Shown here: positions 45,563 through 58,600 of the stretch, piece after piece
How the letters are laid out: each line of letters begins with the position of its first letter
Numbering within the stretch: position 1 is the first letter of the stretch
DNA from: Balanoglossus misakiensis
Taxonomy: Eukaryota; Animalia; Hemichordata
Length of the DNA stretch: 64,000 bases
Assembly (NCBI GenBank): GCA_040954595.2
Contig: CM082589.2
Coordinates: forward strand, 10,242,894-10,306,893
Reading direction: 5' to 3'
Position numbers and translations under genes: made by a program
The notes under the pieces: generated by a model
What the model was told of the DNA's origin: nothing
Seen by the model: the letters and a program-made list of their open reading frames with translations, nothing else
Database searches by the model: none

Positions 45563-48500
45563 TTTTTTTTTGGTGATTTTCACCGATGTTTTTTTTTTCA
45601 AAAATCGACGAACCAATGATTTTTTTCAAAATCGACGAAATTTTGAGATTATGCAAAGTCGAAAATTTTTCATTTTTTGATGATTTTCACCCATGATTTT
45701 TTTCAAAAATCTACGAAATTTTGAGATTTTGCAAACTCGAAAATTTGTCATTTTTTTATGATTTTCACCCATGATTTTTTTTTAAAAATCGACGAACCCA
45801 TAATTTTTTTCAAAATCGACGAAATTTTGAGATTTTGCAGTCTAAAATGTTTCATTTTTTGATGATTTTCACCCATGTTTTTTTTTCAAAAATCGACGAA
45901 CCCATGTTTTTTTTCAAAAGTCGACGAAATTTTGAGATTTTGCAGTCTTAAATTTGTCATTTTTTGATGGTTTTCACCCATGTTTTTTTAAAAATTCGAC
46001 GAACCCGTGATTTTTTTTCAAAATCGACGAAATTTTGAGATTTTGCAAAATCAAAAATTTGTCATTTTTTGATGATTTTCACCCATGTTTTTTTTTTCAG
46101 AAATCGACGAACGCATGTTTTTTTTCAAAAATCGACGAAATTTTGAGATTTTGCAGTCGAAAATTTGTCATTTTTTGATGGTTTTCACCCATGTTTTTTT
46201 AAAAAATCGACGAACCCGTGATTTTTTTCAAAATCGACGAAATTTTGAGATTTTGCAAAATCAAAAATTTGTCATTTTTTTGATGATTTTCACCCATGAT
46301 TTTTTTTCAAAAATCGACGAAATTTTGAGATTTGCAGTCGAAAATTTGTCATTTTTTGATGATTTTCACCCATGATTTTTTCAAAAATCGACGAACCCAT
46401 ATTTTTTTTCAAAATCGACGAAATTTTGAGATTTTGCAAAGTCGAAAATTTGTCATTTTTTGATGATTTTCACCCATGTTTTTTTTTTCAAAAATCGACG
46501 ATATTTTGAGATTTCGCAAAGTTGAAAATTTGACATTTGTTGATGATTTTCATGAGCTATAGCCTATGATTTTTTTTTCAAAAATCGACGAAATTTTGAG
46601 ATTTTGCAGTCGAAAATTTGTCATTTTGTTGATTTTCACCCATGTTTTTTTTAAACAATCGACGAACCCATGATTTTTTTTCAAAATCGACGAACTTTTG
46701 AGATTTTGCAAAATCGAAAATTTGTCATTTTTTGATGATTTTCACCCATGATTTTTTTTCAAAAATCGACGAACCCATAATTTTTTTCAAAATCGACGAA
46801 ATTTTGAGATTTTGCAAAGTCGAAAATTTTTCATTTTTTGATGATTTTCACCCATGTTTTTTTAAAAAATCAACGAACCCATGATTTTTTTTCAAAATCG
46901 ACGAAATTTTGAAATTTTGCAAAATCAAAAATTTGTCGTTTTTTTGAGGATTTTCACCCATGATTTTTTTTTCAAAAATCGACGAAATTTTGAGATTTTG
47001 CAGTCGAAAATTTGTCATTTTGTTGATTTTCACCCATGTTTTTTTTAAACAATCGACGAACCCATGATTTTTTTTCAAAATCGACGAACTTTTGAGATTT
47101 TGCAAAATCGAAAATTTGTCATTTTTTGATGATTTTCACCCATGATTTTTTTTCAAAAATCGACGAACCCATAATTTTTTTCAAAATCGACGAAATTTTG
47201 AGATTTTGCAAAGTCGAAAATTTTTCATTTTTTGATGATTTTCACCCATGTTTTTTTAAAAAATCAACGAACCCATGATTTTTTTTCAAAATCGACGAAA
47301 TTTTGAAATTTTGCAAAATCAAAAATTTGTCGTTTTTTTGAGGATTTTCACCCATGATTTTTTTTTCAAAAATCGACGAAATTTTGAGATTTTGCAGTCG
47401 AAAATTTGTAAATTTTTGATGATTTTCACCCATGTTTTTTTAAAAAATCAACGAACCCATGCTTTTTTTCAAAAGTCGACGAAATTTTAAGATTTTGCAG
47501 TCTTAAATTTGTCATTTTTTGATGGTTTTCACTCATGTTTTTTTAAAAAATCGACGAACCCGTGATTTTTTTTCAAAATCGACGAAATTTTGAGATTTTG
47601 CAAAATCAAAAATTTGTCATTTTTTTGATGATTTTCACCCATGATTTTTTTTCAAAATCGACGAAATTTTGAAATTTTGCAAAATCAAAAATTTGTCGTT
47701 TTTTTGAGGATTTTCACCCATGATTTTTTTTTCAAAAATCGACGAAATTTTGAGATTTTGCAGTCGAAAATTTGTAAATTTTTGATGATTTTCACCCATG
47801 TTTTTTTAAAAAATCAACGAACCCATGCTTTTTTTCAAAAGTCGACGAAATTTTAAGATTTTGCAGTCTTAAATTTGTCATTTTTTGATGGTTTTCACTC
47901 ATGTTTTTTTAAAAAATCGACGAACCCGTGATTTTTTTTCAAAATCGACGAAATTTTGAGATTTTGCAAAATCAAAAATTTGTCATTTTTTTGATGATTT
48001 TCACCCATGATTTTTTTTCGAAAATCGACGAAATTTTGAGATTTTGCAGTCGAAAATTTGTCATTTTTTGAAGATTTTCACCCATGATTTTTTTCAAAAA
48101 TCGACGAACCCATAATTTTTTTCAAAATCGACGAAATTTTGACATTTTGCAAAGTCGAAAATTTGTCATTTTTTGATGATTTTCACCCATGTTTTTTTTC
48201 AAAAATCGACGAACCCATGGTTTTTTTTCAAAAATCGACGATATTTTGAGATTTCGCAAAGTTGAAAATTTGACATTTGTTGATGATTTTCATGAGCTAC
48301 AGCCAATGATTTTTTTTTCAAAAATCGACGAAATTTTGAGATTTTGCAGTCGAAAATTTGTCATTTTGTTGATTTTCACCCATGTTTTTTTTAAACAATC
48401 GACGAACCCATGATTTTTTTTCAAAATCGGCGAACTTTTGAGATTTGGAAAATCGAAAATTTGTCATTTTTTGATGATTTTCACCCATGATTTTTTTACA

Positions 48501-49620
48501 AAAATCGACGAACCCATGATTTTTTTCAAAATCGACGAAATTTTGAGGTTTTGCAAAGTCGAAAATTTTTCATTTTTTGATGATTTTCACCCATGTTTTT
48601 TTTTAAAAATCAACGAACCCATGATTTTTTTTCCAAATCGACGAAATTTTGAGATTTTGCAAAGTCGAAAATTCACCCATGTTTTTTTAAAAAATCAACG
48701 AACCCATGATTTTTTTCAAAATCGATGAAATTTTGAGATTTTGCAAAGTCGAAAATTCACCCATGTTTTTTTTCAAAAATCGACGAACCCATAATTTTTT
48801 TCAAAATCGACGAAATTTTGAGATTTTGCAAAATCAAAAATTTGTCATTTTTTGATGATTTTCACCATGATTTTTTTCAAAAATCGACGAAATTTTGAGA
48901 TTTCGCAAAGTTGAAAATTTGACATTTGTTGATGATTTTCATGAGCTATAGCCCATGATTTTTTTTTCAAAATCGACGAACCCATGTTTTTTTTTCAAAA
49001 ATCGACGATATTTTGAGATTTCGCAAAGTTGAAAATTTGACATTTGTTGATGATTTTCATGAGCTATAGCCCATGATTTTTTATTTCAAAAATCGACGAA
49101 ATTTTGAGATTTGCAAAGTCGAACATTGGTCATTTTGATGATTTTCACCCATTTTTTTTTTTCAAAAATCGACGAACCCATAATTTTTTTTCAAAATCGA
49201 CGAAATTTTGAGATTTTGCAAAGTCGAAAATTTGTCATTTTTTGATGATTTTCATCCATGTTTTTTTTCACAATTCAACGAACCCATGATTGTTTTCAAA
49301 ATCGACGAAATTTTGAGATTTTGCAAGAACCCATGATTTTTTTCAAATTCGACGAAATTTTGAGATTTTGCAAAGTCGAAAATTTGTCATTTTTTGATGA
49401 TTTTCACCCATGATTTTTTGCAAAAATCGACGAACCCATGATTTTTTTCCAAAATCGACGAAATTTTGAGATTTTGCAAAGTCGAAAATTTGTCATTTTT
49501 TGATGATTTTCATCCATGTTTTTTTTTTCAAAATTCAACGAACCCATGATTTTTTTCAAAATCGACGAAATTTTGAGATTTTGCAAGAACCCATGATTTT
49601 TTTCAAAATCGACGAAATAT
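45563..49620 (-). repeat. 78-bp A/T-tract satellite, inverted block (~4 kb)
   Basis: Reverse complement of the monomer in the next block, with frequent 28-bp sub-units. Confidence 0.96.
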
Positions 49621-49622
49621 TG

Positions 49623-52600
49623 AGGGTTCGTCGATTTTTGAAAAAAAACATGGGAGAAAATCTTCAAAAAATGGGAATTTTGTCGATTTTTGAAAAAAAA
49701 AATCATGGGTGAAAATCATCAAAAAATGACAAATTTTCGACTTTGCAAAATCTCAAAATTTCGTCGATTTTTGAGAAAAATCATGGGTGAAAATCATCAA
49801 AAAATGACAAATTTTCGACTTTGCAAAATCTCAAAATTTCGTCGATTTTTGAAAAAAAACATGGATGAAAATCATCGAAAAATGACAAATTTTCGACTGC
49901 AAAATCTCAAAATTTTGTCGATTTTGAAAAAAGTATGGGTTCGTCGATTTTTAAAAAAAATCATGGGTGAAAATCATCAAAAAATGACAAATTTTCGACT
50001 TTGCAAGAACTTCGAGATTTTCGTCGATTTTTGAAAAAAAAAATCGTGGGGGGGGGGGAAATCATAAAAAAATGACAAATTTTCGACTTTGCAAAATCTC
50101 AAAATATCGTCGATTTTGGAAAAAAAAACATGGGTTCGTCGAAAAAAAAACATGGGTGAAAATCATCAAAAAATGACAAATTTTCGACTTTGCAAAATCT
50201 CAAAAGTCCGTCGATTTAAAAAAAAAACATGGGTGAAAATCTTCAAAAAATGACAAATTTTCGACTTTGCAAAAACTCAAAATTTCGTCGATTTTTGAAA
50301 AAAAATGGGTGAAAATCATCAAAAAATGACAAATTTTCGACTGCACAATCTTAAAATTTCGTAAATTTTTGAAAAAAAATCATGGGTAAAAATCATCAAT
50401 AAATGAAAAATGTTCGACTTTGCAAAATCTCAAAATTTCGTCGATTTTTGAAAAAAATCATGGGTGAAAATCATCAAAAAATGACAAATTTTCGACTTTG
50501 CAAAATTTTCAAAAATTCGTCGATTTTTGAAAAAAAAATGGGTTATAGCTGATGAAAATCATCAACAAATGACAAATTTTTGACTGCAAAATCTCAAAAT
50601 TTCGTCGATTTTTGAAAAAAAAACATGGATGAAAATCATCAAAAAATGACAAATTTTCGACTGCAAAATCTCAAAATTTTGTCGATTTTGAAAAAAGTAT
50701 GGGTTCGTCGATTTTTAAAAAAAATCATGGCTGAAAATCATCAAAAACTGACAAATTTTCGACTTTGCAAGAACTTCGAGATTTTCGTCGATTTTTGAAA
50801 AAAAAAATCGTGGGGGGGGGGGGGGGGGGAATCATAAAAAAATGACAAATTTTCGACTTTGCAAAATCTCAATATATCGTCGATTTTGGAAAAAAAAAAA
50901 CATGGGTTCGTCGAAAAAAAAACGGGTGAAAATCATCAAAAAATGACAAATTTTCGAATTTGCAAAATCTCAAAAGTCCGTCGATTTTGAAAAAAAACAT
51001 GGGTGAAAATCTTCAAAAAATGATTCTTGAAAAAAAAATGGGTGAAAATCATCAAAAATGACAAAGTTTCGACTTTGCAAAATCTCAAAATTTCATCGAT
51101 TTCTGAAAAAAATCATAGGGGAAAATCATCAAAAAATGACAAATTTTCGACTGCAAAATCTTAAAATTTCGTCAATTTTTGAAAAAAATCATGGGTAAAA
51201 ATCATCAATAAATGAAAAATTTTCGACTTTGCAAAATCTCAAAATTTCGTCGATTTTTGAAAAAAATCATGGGTGAAAATCATCAAAAAATGACAAATTT
51301 TCGACTTTGCAAAATTTTCAAAAATTCGTTGATTTTTGAAAAAAAAATGGGTTATAGCTTATGAAAATCATCAACAAATGACAAATTTTCGACTTTGCAA
51401 AATCTCAAAATTTCGTCGATTTTGAAAAAAATCATGGGTTCGTCGATTTTTGAAAAAAAACATGGGTGAAAATCTTCAAAAAATGACAAATTTTCGACTT
51501 TGCAAAAACTGAAAATTTCGTCGATTTTTGAAAAAAATAATGAGTGAAAATCATCAAAAAAGACAAAGTTTCGACTTTGCAAAATCTCAAAATTTCGTCG
51601 ATTTCTGAAAAAAATCATGGGTAAAATCGTCAAAAAAAGACAGATTTTCGACAGCAAAATCTTAAAATTTCGTCAATTTTTGAAAAAAAATCATGGGTAA
51701 AAATCATCAAAAAATGACAAATTTTCGACTTTGCAAAATCTCAAAATTTCGTCAATTTTTGAAAAAAAAATCGTGGGGGGGGGGGGGAAATCATCAAAAA
51801 AATGACAAATTTTCGACTTTGCAAAATTTTGAAAAATTCGTCGATTTAAAAAAAAAAACATGGGTTCGTCCATTTTTGAAAAAAAAAACATGGGTGAAAA
51901 TCATCAACAAATGACAAATGTTCAACTTTGCAAAATCTCAAAATTTCGTCGATTTTTGAAAAAAAAAATCGTGGGGGGGGGGGGAAATCATCAAAAAAAT
52001 TACAAATTTTCGACTTAACAAAATTTTCAAAAATTCGTCGATTTTTGAAAAAAAAAAACATGGGTTCGTCCATTTTTGAAAAAAAAAACATGGGTGAAAA
52101 TCATCAACAAATGACAAATGTTCAACTTTGCAAAATCTCAAAATATTGTCGATTTTTGAAAAAAAATCATGGGTTCGTTGATTTTTGAAAAAAAAACGGG
52201 TGAAAATCATCAAAAAATTACAAATTTTCGTCTTTGCAAAATCTCAAAATTTCGTCGATTTTTGAAAAATAAAATCATGGGTAAAAATCATCAAAAAAAT
52301 ACAAATTTTCGACTTTGCAAAATCTAAAAATTTTGTCGATTTTTGAAAAAAATCATGGGTGAAAATCATCAAAAAATGACAAATTTTCGACTTTGCAAAA
52401 TCTCAAAATTTCGTAGATTTTTGAAAAAAAATCATGGGTTCGTTGATTTTTGAAAAAAAAACATGGGTGAAAATCATCAAAAAATTACAAATTTTCGAAT
52501 TTGCAAAATCTCAAAATTTCGTCGATTTTTGAAAAAAAAACATGGGTGAAAATCATCAAAAAATGACAAATTTTCGACTTTGCAAAATCTCAAAATTTCG

Positions 52601-55600
52601 TAAATTTTTGAAAAAAAGTCATGGGTGAAAATCATAAAAAAATTACAAATTTTCGTCTTTGCAAAATCTCAAAATTTCGTCGATTTTTGAAAAAAAAAAT
52701 CATGGGTAAAAATCATCAAAAAATTACAAATTTTCGACTTTGCAAAATCTAAAAATTTTGTCGATTTTTGAAAAAAATCATGGGTGAAAATCATCAAAAA
52801 ATGACAAATTTTCGACTTTGCAAAATCTCAAAATTTCGTCGATTTTTGAAAAAAATCATGGGTTCGTTCAATTTTGAAAAAAAAACATGGGTGAAAATCA
52901 TCAAAAAATTACAAATTTTCGACTTTGCAAAATCTCAAAATTTTGTCGATTTTTGAAAAAAAATCATGGGTGAAAATCATTAATAAATGACAAATTTTCG
53001 ACTTTGCAAAATCTCAAAATTTCGTCGATTTTTGAAAAAAAATCATGGGTGAAAATCATCAAAAAATTACAAATTTTCGACTTTGCAAAATCTCAAAATT
53101 TCGTCGATTTTTGAGAAAAATCATGGGTGAAAATCATCAAAAAATGACAAATTTTCGACTTTGCAAAATCTCAAAATTTTGTCGATTTTTGAAAAAAAAT
53201 CATGGGTTCGTTGATTTTTGAAAAAAAACATGGGTGAAAATCATCAAAAAATTACAAATTTTCGAATTTGCAAAATCTCAAAATTTCGTCGATTTTGGAA
53301 AAAAAAACATGGGTGAAAATCATCAAAAAATTACAAATTTTCGACTTTGCAAAATCTCAAAATTTCGTAGATTTTGGAAAAAAAAAATCATGGGTTCGTC
53401 GATTTTTGAAAAAAATCATGGGTGAAAATCATCAAAAAATGACAAATTTTCGTCTTTGCAAATCCCAAAATTTGGTCGATTTTTGAAAAACAAAATCATG
53501 GGAAAAAATCATCAAAAAATGACAAATTTTCGACTTTGCAAAATCTCAAAATTTCGTAAATTTTTGAAAAAAAGTCATGGGTGAAAATCATCAAAAAATT
53601 ACAAATTTTCGTCTTTGCAAAAATCTCAAAATTTCGTCGATTTTTGAAAAAAAAAATCATGGGTAAAAAATCATCAAAAATTACAAATTTTCGACTTTGC
53701 AAAATCTAAAAATTTTGTCGATTTTTGAAAAAAACAATCATGGTGAAAATCATCAAAAAATGACAAATTTTCGACTTTGCAAAATCTCAAAATGTCAATT
53801 TTTTAAAAAAATCATGAGTTCGTTGATTTTAAAAAAAAAAACATTGGTGTCAATTTTTTAAAAAAATCATGGGTTCGTTGATTTTTAAAAAAAAACATTG
53901 GTGAAAATCATCAAAAAATTACAAATTTTCGACTTTGCAAAATCTCAAAATTTCGTACATTTTGAAAAAAAATCATGGGTGAAAATCATCAAAAAATGAC
54001 AAATTTTTCGTCTTTGCAAAATCTCAAAATTTCGTCATTTTTTAAAAAAAAATCATGGTGAAAATCATCAAAAAATTACAAATTTTCGACTTTGCAAAAT
54101 CTCAAAATTTTGTCGATTTTTGAAAAAAAATCATGGGTTCGTTGATTTTGAAAAAAAACATGGGTGAAAATCATCAAAAAATTACAAATTTCGAATTTGC
54201 AAAATCTCAAAATTTCGTCGATTTTTGAAAAAAAAAACATGGGTGAAAATCATCAAAAAATGACAAATTTTCGACTTTGCAAAATCTCAAAATTTCGTAA
54301 ATTTTTGAAAAAAAGTCATGGGTGAAAATCATCAAAAAATTAAAAAGTTTCGTCTTTGCAAAATCTCAAAAAAATCGTCGATTTTTGAAAAAAAAATCAT
54401 GGGTAAAAATCATCAAAAAATTACAAATTTTCGACTTTGCAAAATCTAAAAATTTTGTCGATTTTTGAAAAAAATCATGGGTGAAAATCATCAAAAAATG
54501 ACAAATTTTCGACTTTGCAAAATCTCAAATTTCGTCGATTTTTGAAAAAAATCATGGGTGAAAATCATCAAAAAATGACAAATTTTCGACTTTGCAAAAT
54601 CTCAAAATTTCGTAAATTTTTGAAAAAAGTCATGGGTGAAAATCATCAAAAAATTAAAAAGTTTCGTCTTTGCAAAATCTCAAAATTTCGTCGATTTTTG
54701 AAAAAAAAATCATGGGTAAAAATCATCAAAAAATTACAAATTTTCGACTTTGCAAAATCTCAAAATTTCGTCGATTTTTGAGAAAAATCATAGGAAAAAA
54801 TTATCAAAAAATGACAAATTTCGACTTTGCAAAATCTCAAAATTTCGTCGATTTTTGAAAAAAAATCATGGGTGAAAATCATCAAAAAATGACAAATTTT
54901 CGACTTTGCAAAATCTTAAATTCGTCGATTTTTGAAAAAAATCATGGGTGAAAATCATCAAAAAATGACAAATTTTTTGACTTTGCAAAATCTCAAAATT
55001 TCGTCGATTTTTGAGAAAAATCATGGGTGAAAATCATCAAAAAATGACAAATTTTCGTCTTTGCAAAATCTCAAAATTTGGTCGATTTTTGAAAAAAAAA
55101 ATCATGGGTAAAAATCATCAAAAAATGACAAATTTTCGACTTTGCAAAATCTCAAATTTCGTCGATTTTTGAAAAGAATCATGGGTGAAAATCATCAAAA
55201 ATGACAAATTTTCGACTTTGCAAAATCTCAAAATTTCGTCGATTTTTGAGAAAAATCATGGTGAAAATCATCAAAAAATTACAAATTTTCGACTTTGCAA
55301 AATCTCAAAATTTCGTCGATTTTTGAGAAAAATCATGGGTGAAAATCATCAAAAAATGACAAATCTTCGACTTTGCAAAATCTCAAAATTTTGTCGATTT
55401 TGAAAAAAAATCATGGGTTCGTTGATTTTTGAAAAAAAACATGGGTGAAAATCATCAAAAAATTACAAATTTTCGAATTTGCAAAATCTCAAAATTTCGT
55501 CGATTTTGGAAAAAAAACATGGGTGAAAATCATCAAAAAATTACAAATTTTCGACTTTGCAAAATCTCAAAATTTCGTAGATTTTGGAAAAAAAATCATG

Positions 55601-58600
55601 GGTTCGTCGATTTTTGAAAAAAATCATGGGTGAAATCATCAAAAAATGACACATTTTCGTCTTTGCAAAATCCCAAAATTTGGTCGATTTTTGAAAAACA
55701 AAATCATGGGAAAAAATCATCAAAAAATGACAAATTTTCGACTTTGCAAAATCTCAAAATTTCGTAAATTTTTGAAAAAAAGTCATGGGTGAAAATCATC
55801 AAAAAATTACAAATTTTCGTCTTTGCAAAATCTCAATATTTCGTCGATTTTTGAAAAAAAAAATCATGGGTAAAAATCATCAAAAAATTACAAATTTTCG
55901 ACTTTGCAAAATCTAAAAATTTTGTCGATTTTTGAAAAAAACAATCATGGTGAAAATCATCAAAAAATGACAAATTTTCGACTTTGCAAAATCTCAAAAT
56001 GTCAATTTTTTAAAAAAATCATGAGTTCGTTGATTTTAAAAAAAAAACATTGGTGTCAATTTTTAAAAAAAATCATGGGTTCGTTGATTTTTAAAAAAAA
56101 ACATTGGTGAAAATCATCAAAAAATTACAAATTTTCGACTTTGCAAAATCTCAAAATTTCGTACATTTTTGAAAAAAAATCATGGGTGAAAATCATCAAA
56201 AAATGACAAATTTTCGTCTTTGCAAAATCTCAAAATTTCGTCATTTTTTAAAAAAAAATCATGGTGAAAATCATCAAAAATGACAAATTGTCGACTTTGC
56301 AAAATCTAAAAATTTTGTCGATTTTTGAAAAAAAATCATGGGTGAAAATAATCAAAAATGACAAATTTTCGACTTTGCAAAATCTCAAAATTTCGTCGAT
56401 TTTTTGAAAAAAATCATGGGTGAAAATCATCAAAAAATGACAAATTTTCGACTTTGCAAAATCTCACAATTTTGTCGATTTTTGAAAAAAAATCATGGGT
56501 TCGTTGATTTTTGAAAAAAACATGGGTGAAAATCATCAAAAAATTACAAATTTTCGAATTTGCAAAATCTCAAAATTTCGTCGATTTTTGAAAAAAAAAA
56601 CATGGGTGAAAATCATCAAAAAATGACAAATTTTCGACTTTGCAAAATCTCAAAATTTCGTAAATTTTTGAAAAAAAGTCATGGGTGAAAATCATCAAAA
56701 AATTAAAAAGTTTCGTCTTTGCAAAATCTCAAAAAATCGTCGATTTTTGAAAAAAAAAATCATGGGTAAAAATCATCAAAAAATTACAAATTTTCGACTT
56801 TGCAAAATCTAAAAATTTTGTCGATTTTTGAAAAAAATCATGGGTGAAAATCATCAAAAAATGACAAATTTTCGACTTTGCAAAATCTCAAAATTTCGTC
56901 GATTTTTGAAAAAAATCATGGGTGAAAATCATCAAAAAATGACAAATTTTCGACTTTGCAAAATCTCAAAATTTCGTAAATTTTTGAAAAAAAGTCATGG
57001 GTGAAAATCATCAAAAAATTAAAAAGTTTCGTCTTTGCAAAATCTCAAAATTTCGTCGATTTTTGAAAAAAAATCATGGGTTCGTTGATTTTTGAAAAAA
57101 AACATGGGTGAAAATCATCAAAAAATTACAAATTTTCGAATTTGCAAAATCTCAAAATTTCGTCGATTTTGGAAAAAAAAACGTGTGAAAATCATCAAAA
57201 AATTACAAATTTTCGACTTTGCAAAATCTCAAAATTTCGTAGATTTTGGAAAAAAAAATCATGGGTTCGTCGATTTTTGAAAAAAATCATGGGTGAAAAT
57301 CATCAAAAAATGACAAATTTTCGTCTTTGCAAAATCCCAAAATTTGGTCGATTTTTGAAAAACAAAATCATGGGAAAAAATCATCAAAAAATGACAAATT
57401 TTCGACTTTGCAAAATCTCAAAATTTCGTAAATTTTTGAAAAAAAGTCATGGGTGAAAATCATCAAAAAATTACAAATTTTCGTCTTTGCAAAATCTCAA
57501 AATTTCGTCGATTTTTGAAAAAAAAAATCATGGGTAAAAATCATCAAAAAATTACAAATTTTCGACTTTGCAAAATCTAAAAATTTTGTCGATTTTTGAA
57601 AAAAACAATCATGGTGAAAATCATCAAAAAATGACAAATTTTCGACTTTGCAAAATCTCAAAATGTCAATTTTTTAAAAAAATCATGAGTTCGTTGATTT
57701 TAAAAAAAAACATTGGTGTCAATTTTTTAAAAAAATCATGGGTTCGTTGATTTTTAAAAAAAAACATTGGTGAAAATCATCAAAAAATTACAAATTTTCG
57801 ACTTTGCAAAATCTCAAAATTTCGTACATTTTTGAAAAAAAATCATGGGTGAAAATCATCAAAAAATGACAAATTTTCGTCTTTGCAAAATCTCAAAATT
57901 TCGTCATTTTTTAAAAAAAAATCATGGTGAAAATCATCAAAAAATGACAAATTGTCGACTTTGCAAAATCTAAAAATTTTGTCGATTTTTGAAAAAAATC
58001 ATGGGTGAAAATAATCAAAAAATGACAAATTTTCGACTTTGCAAAATCTCAAAATTTCGTCGATTTTTGAAAAAAATCATGGGTGAAAATCATCAAAAAA
58101 TGACAAATTTTCGACTTTGCAAAATCTCACAATTTTGTCGATTTTTGAAAAAAAATCATGGGTTCGTTGATTTTTGAAAAAAAACATGGGTGAAAATCAT
58201 CAAAAAATTACAAATTTTCGAATTTGCAAAATCTCAAAATTTCGTCGATTTTTGAAAAAAAAAACATGGGTGAAAATCATCAAAAAATGACAAATTTTCG
58301 ACTTTGCAAAATCTCAAAATTTCGTAAATTTTTGAAAAAAAGTCATGGGTGAAAATCATCAAAAAATTAAAAAGTTTCGTCTTTGCAAAATCTCAAAAAA
58401 TCGTCGATTTTTGAAAAAAAAAATCATGGGTAAAAATCATCAAAAAATTACAAATTTTCGACTTTGCAAAATCTAAAAATTTTGTCGATTTTTGAAAAAA
58501 ATCATGGTGAAAATCATCAAAAAATGACAAATTTTCGACTTTGCAAAATCTCAAAATTTCGTCGATTTTTGAAAAAAATCATGGGTGAAAATCATCAAAA

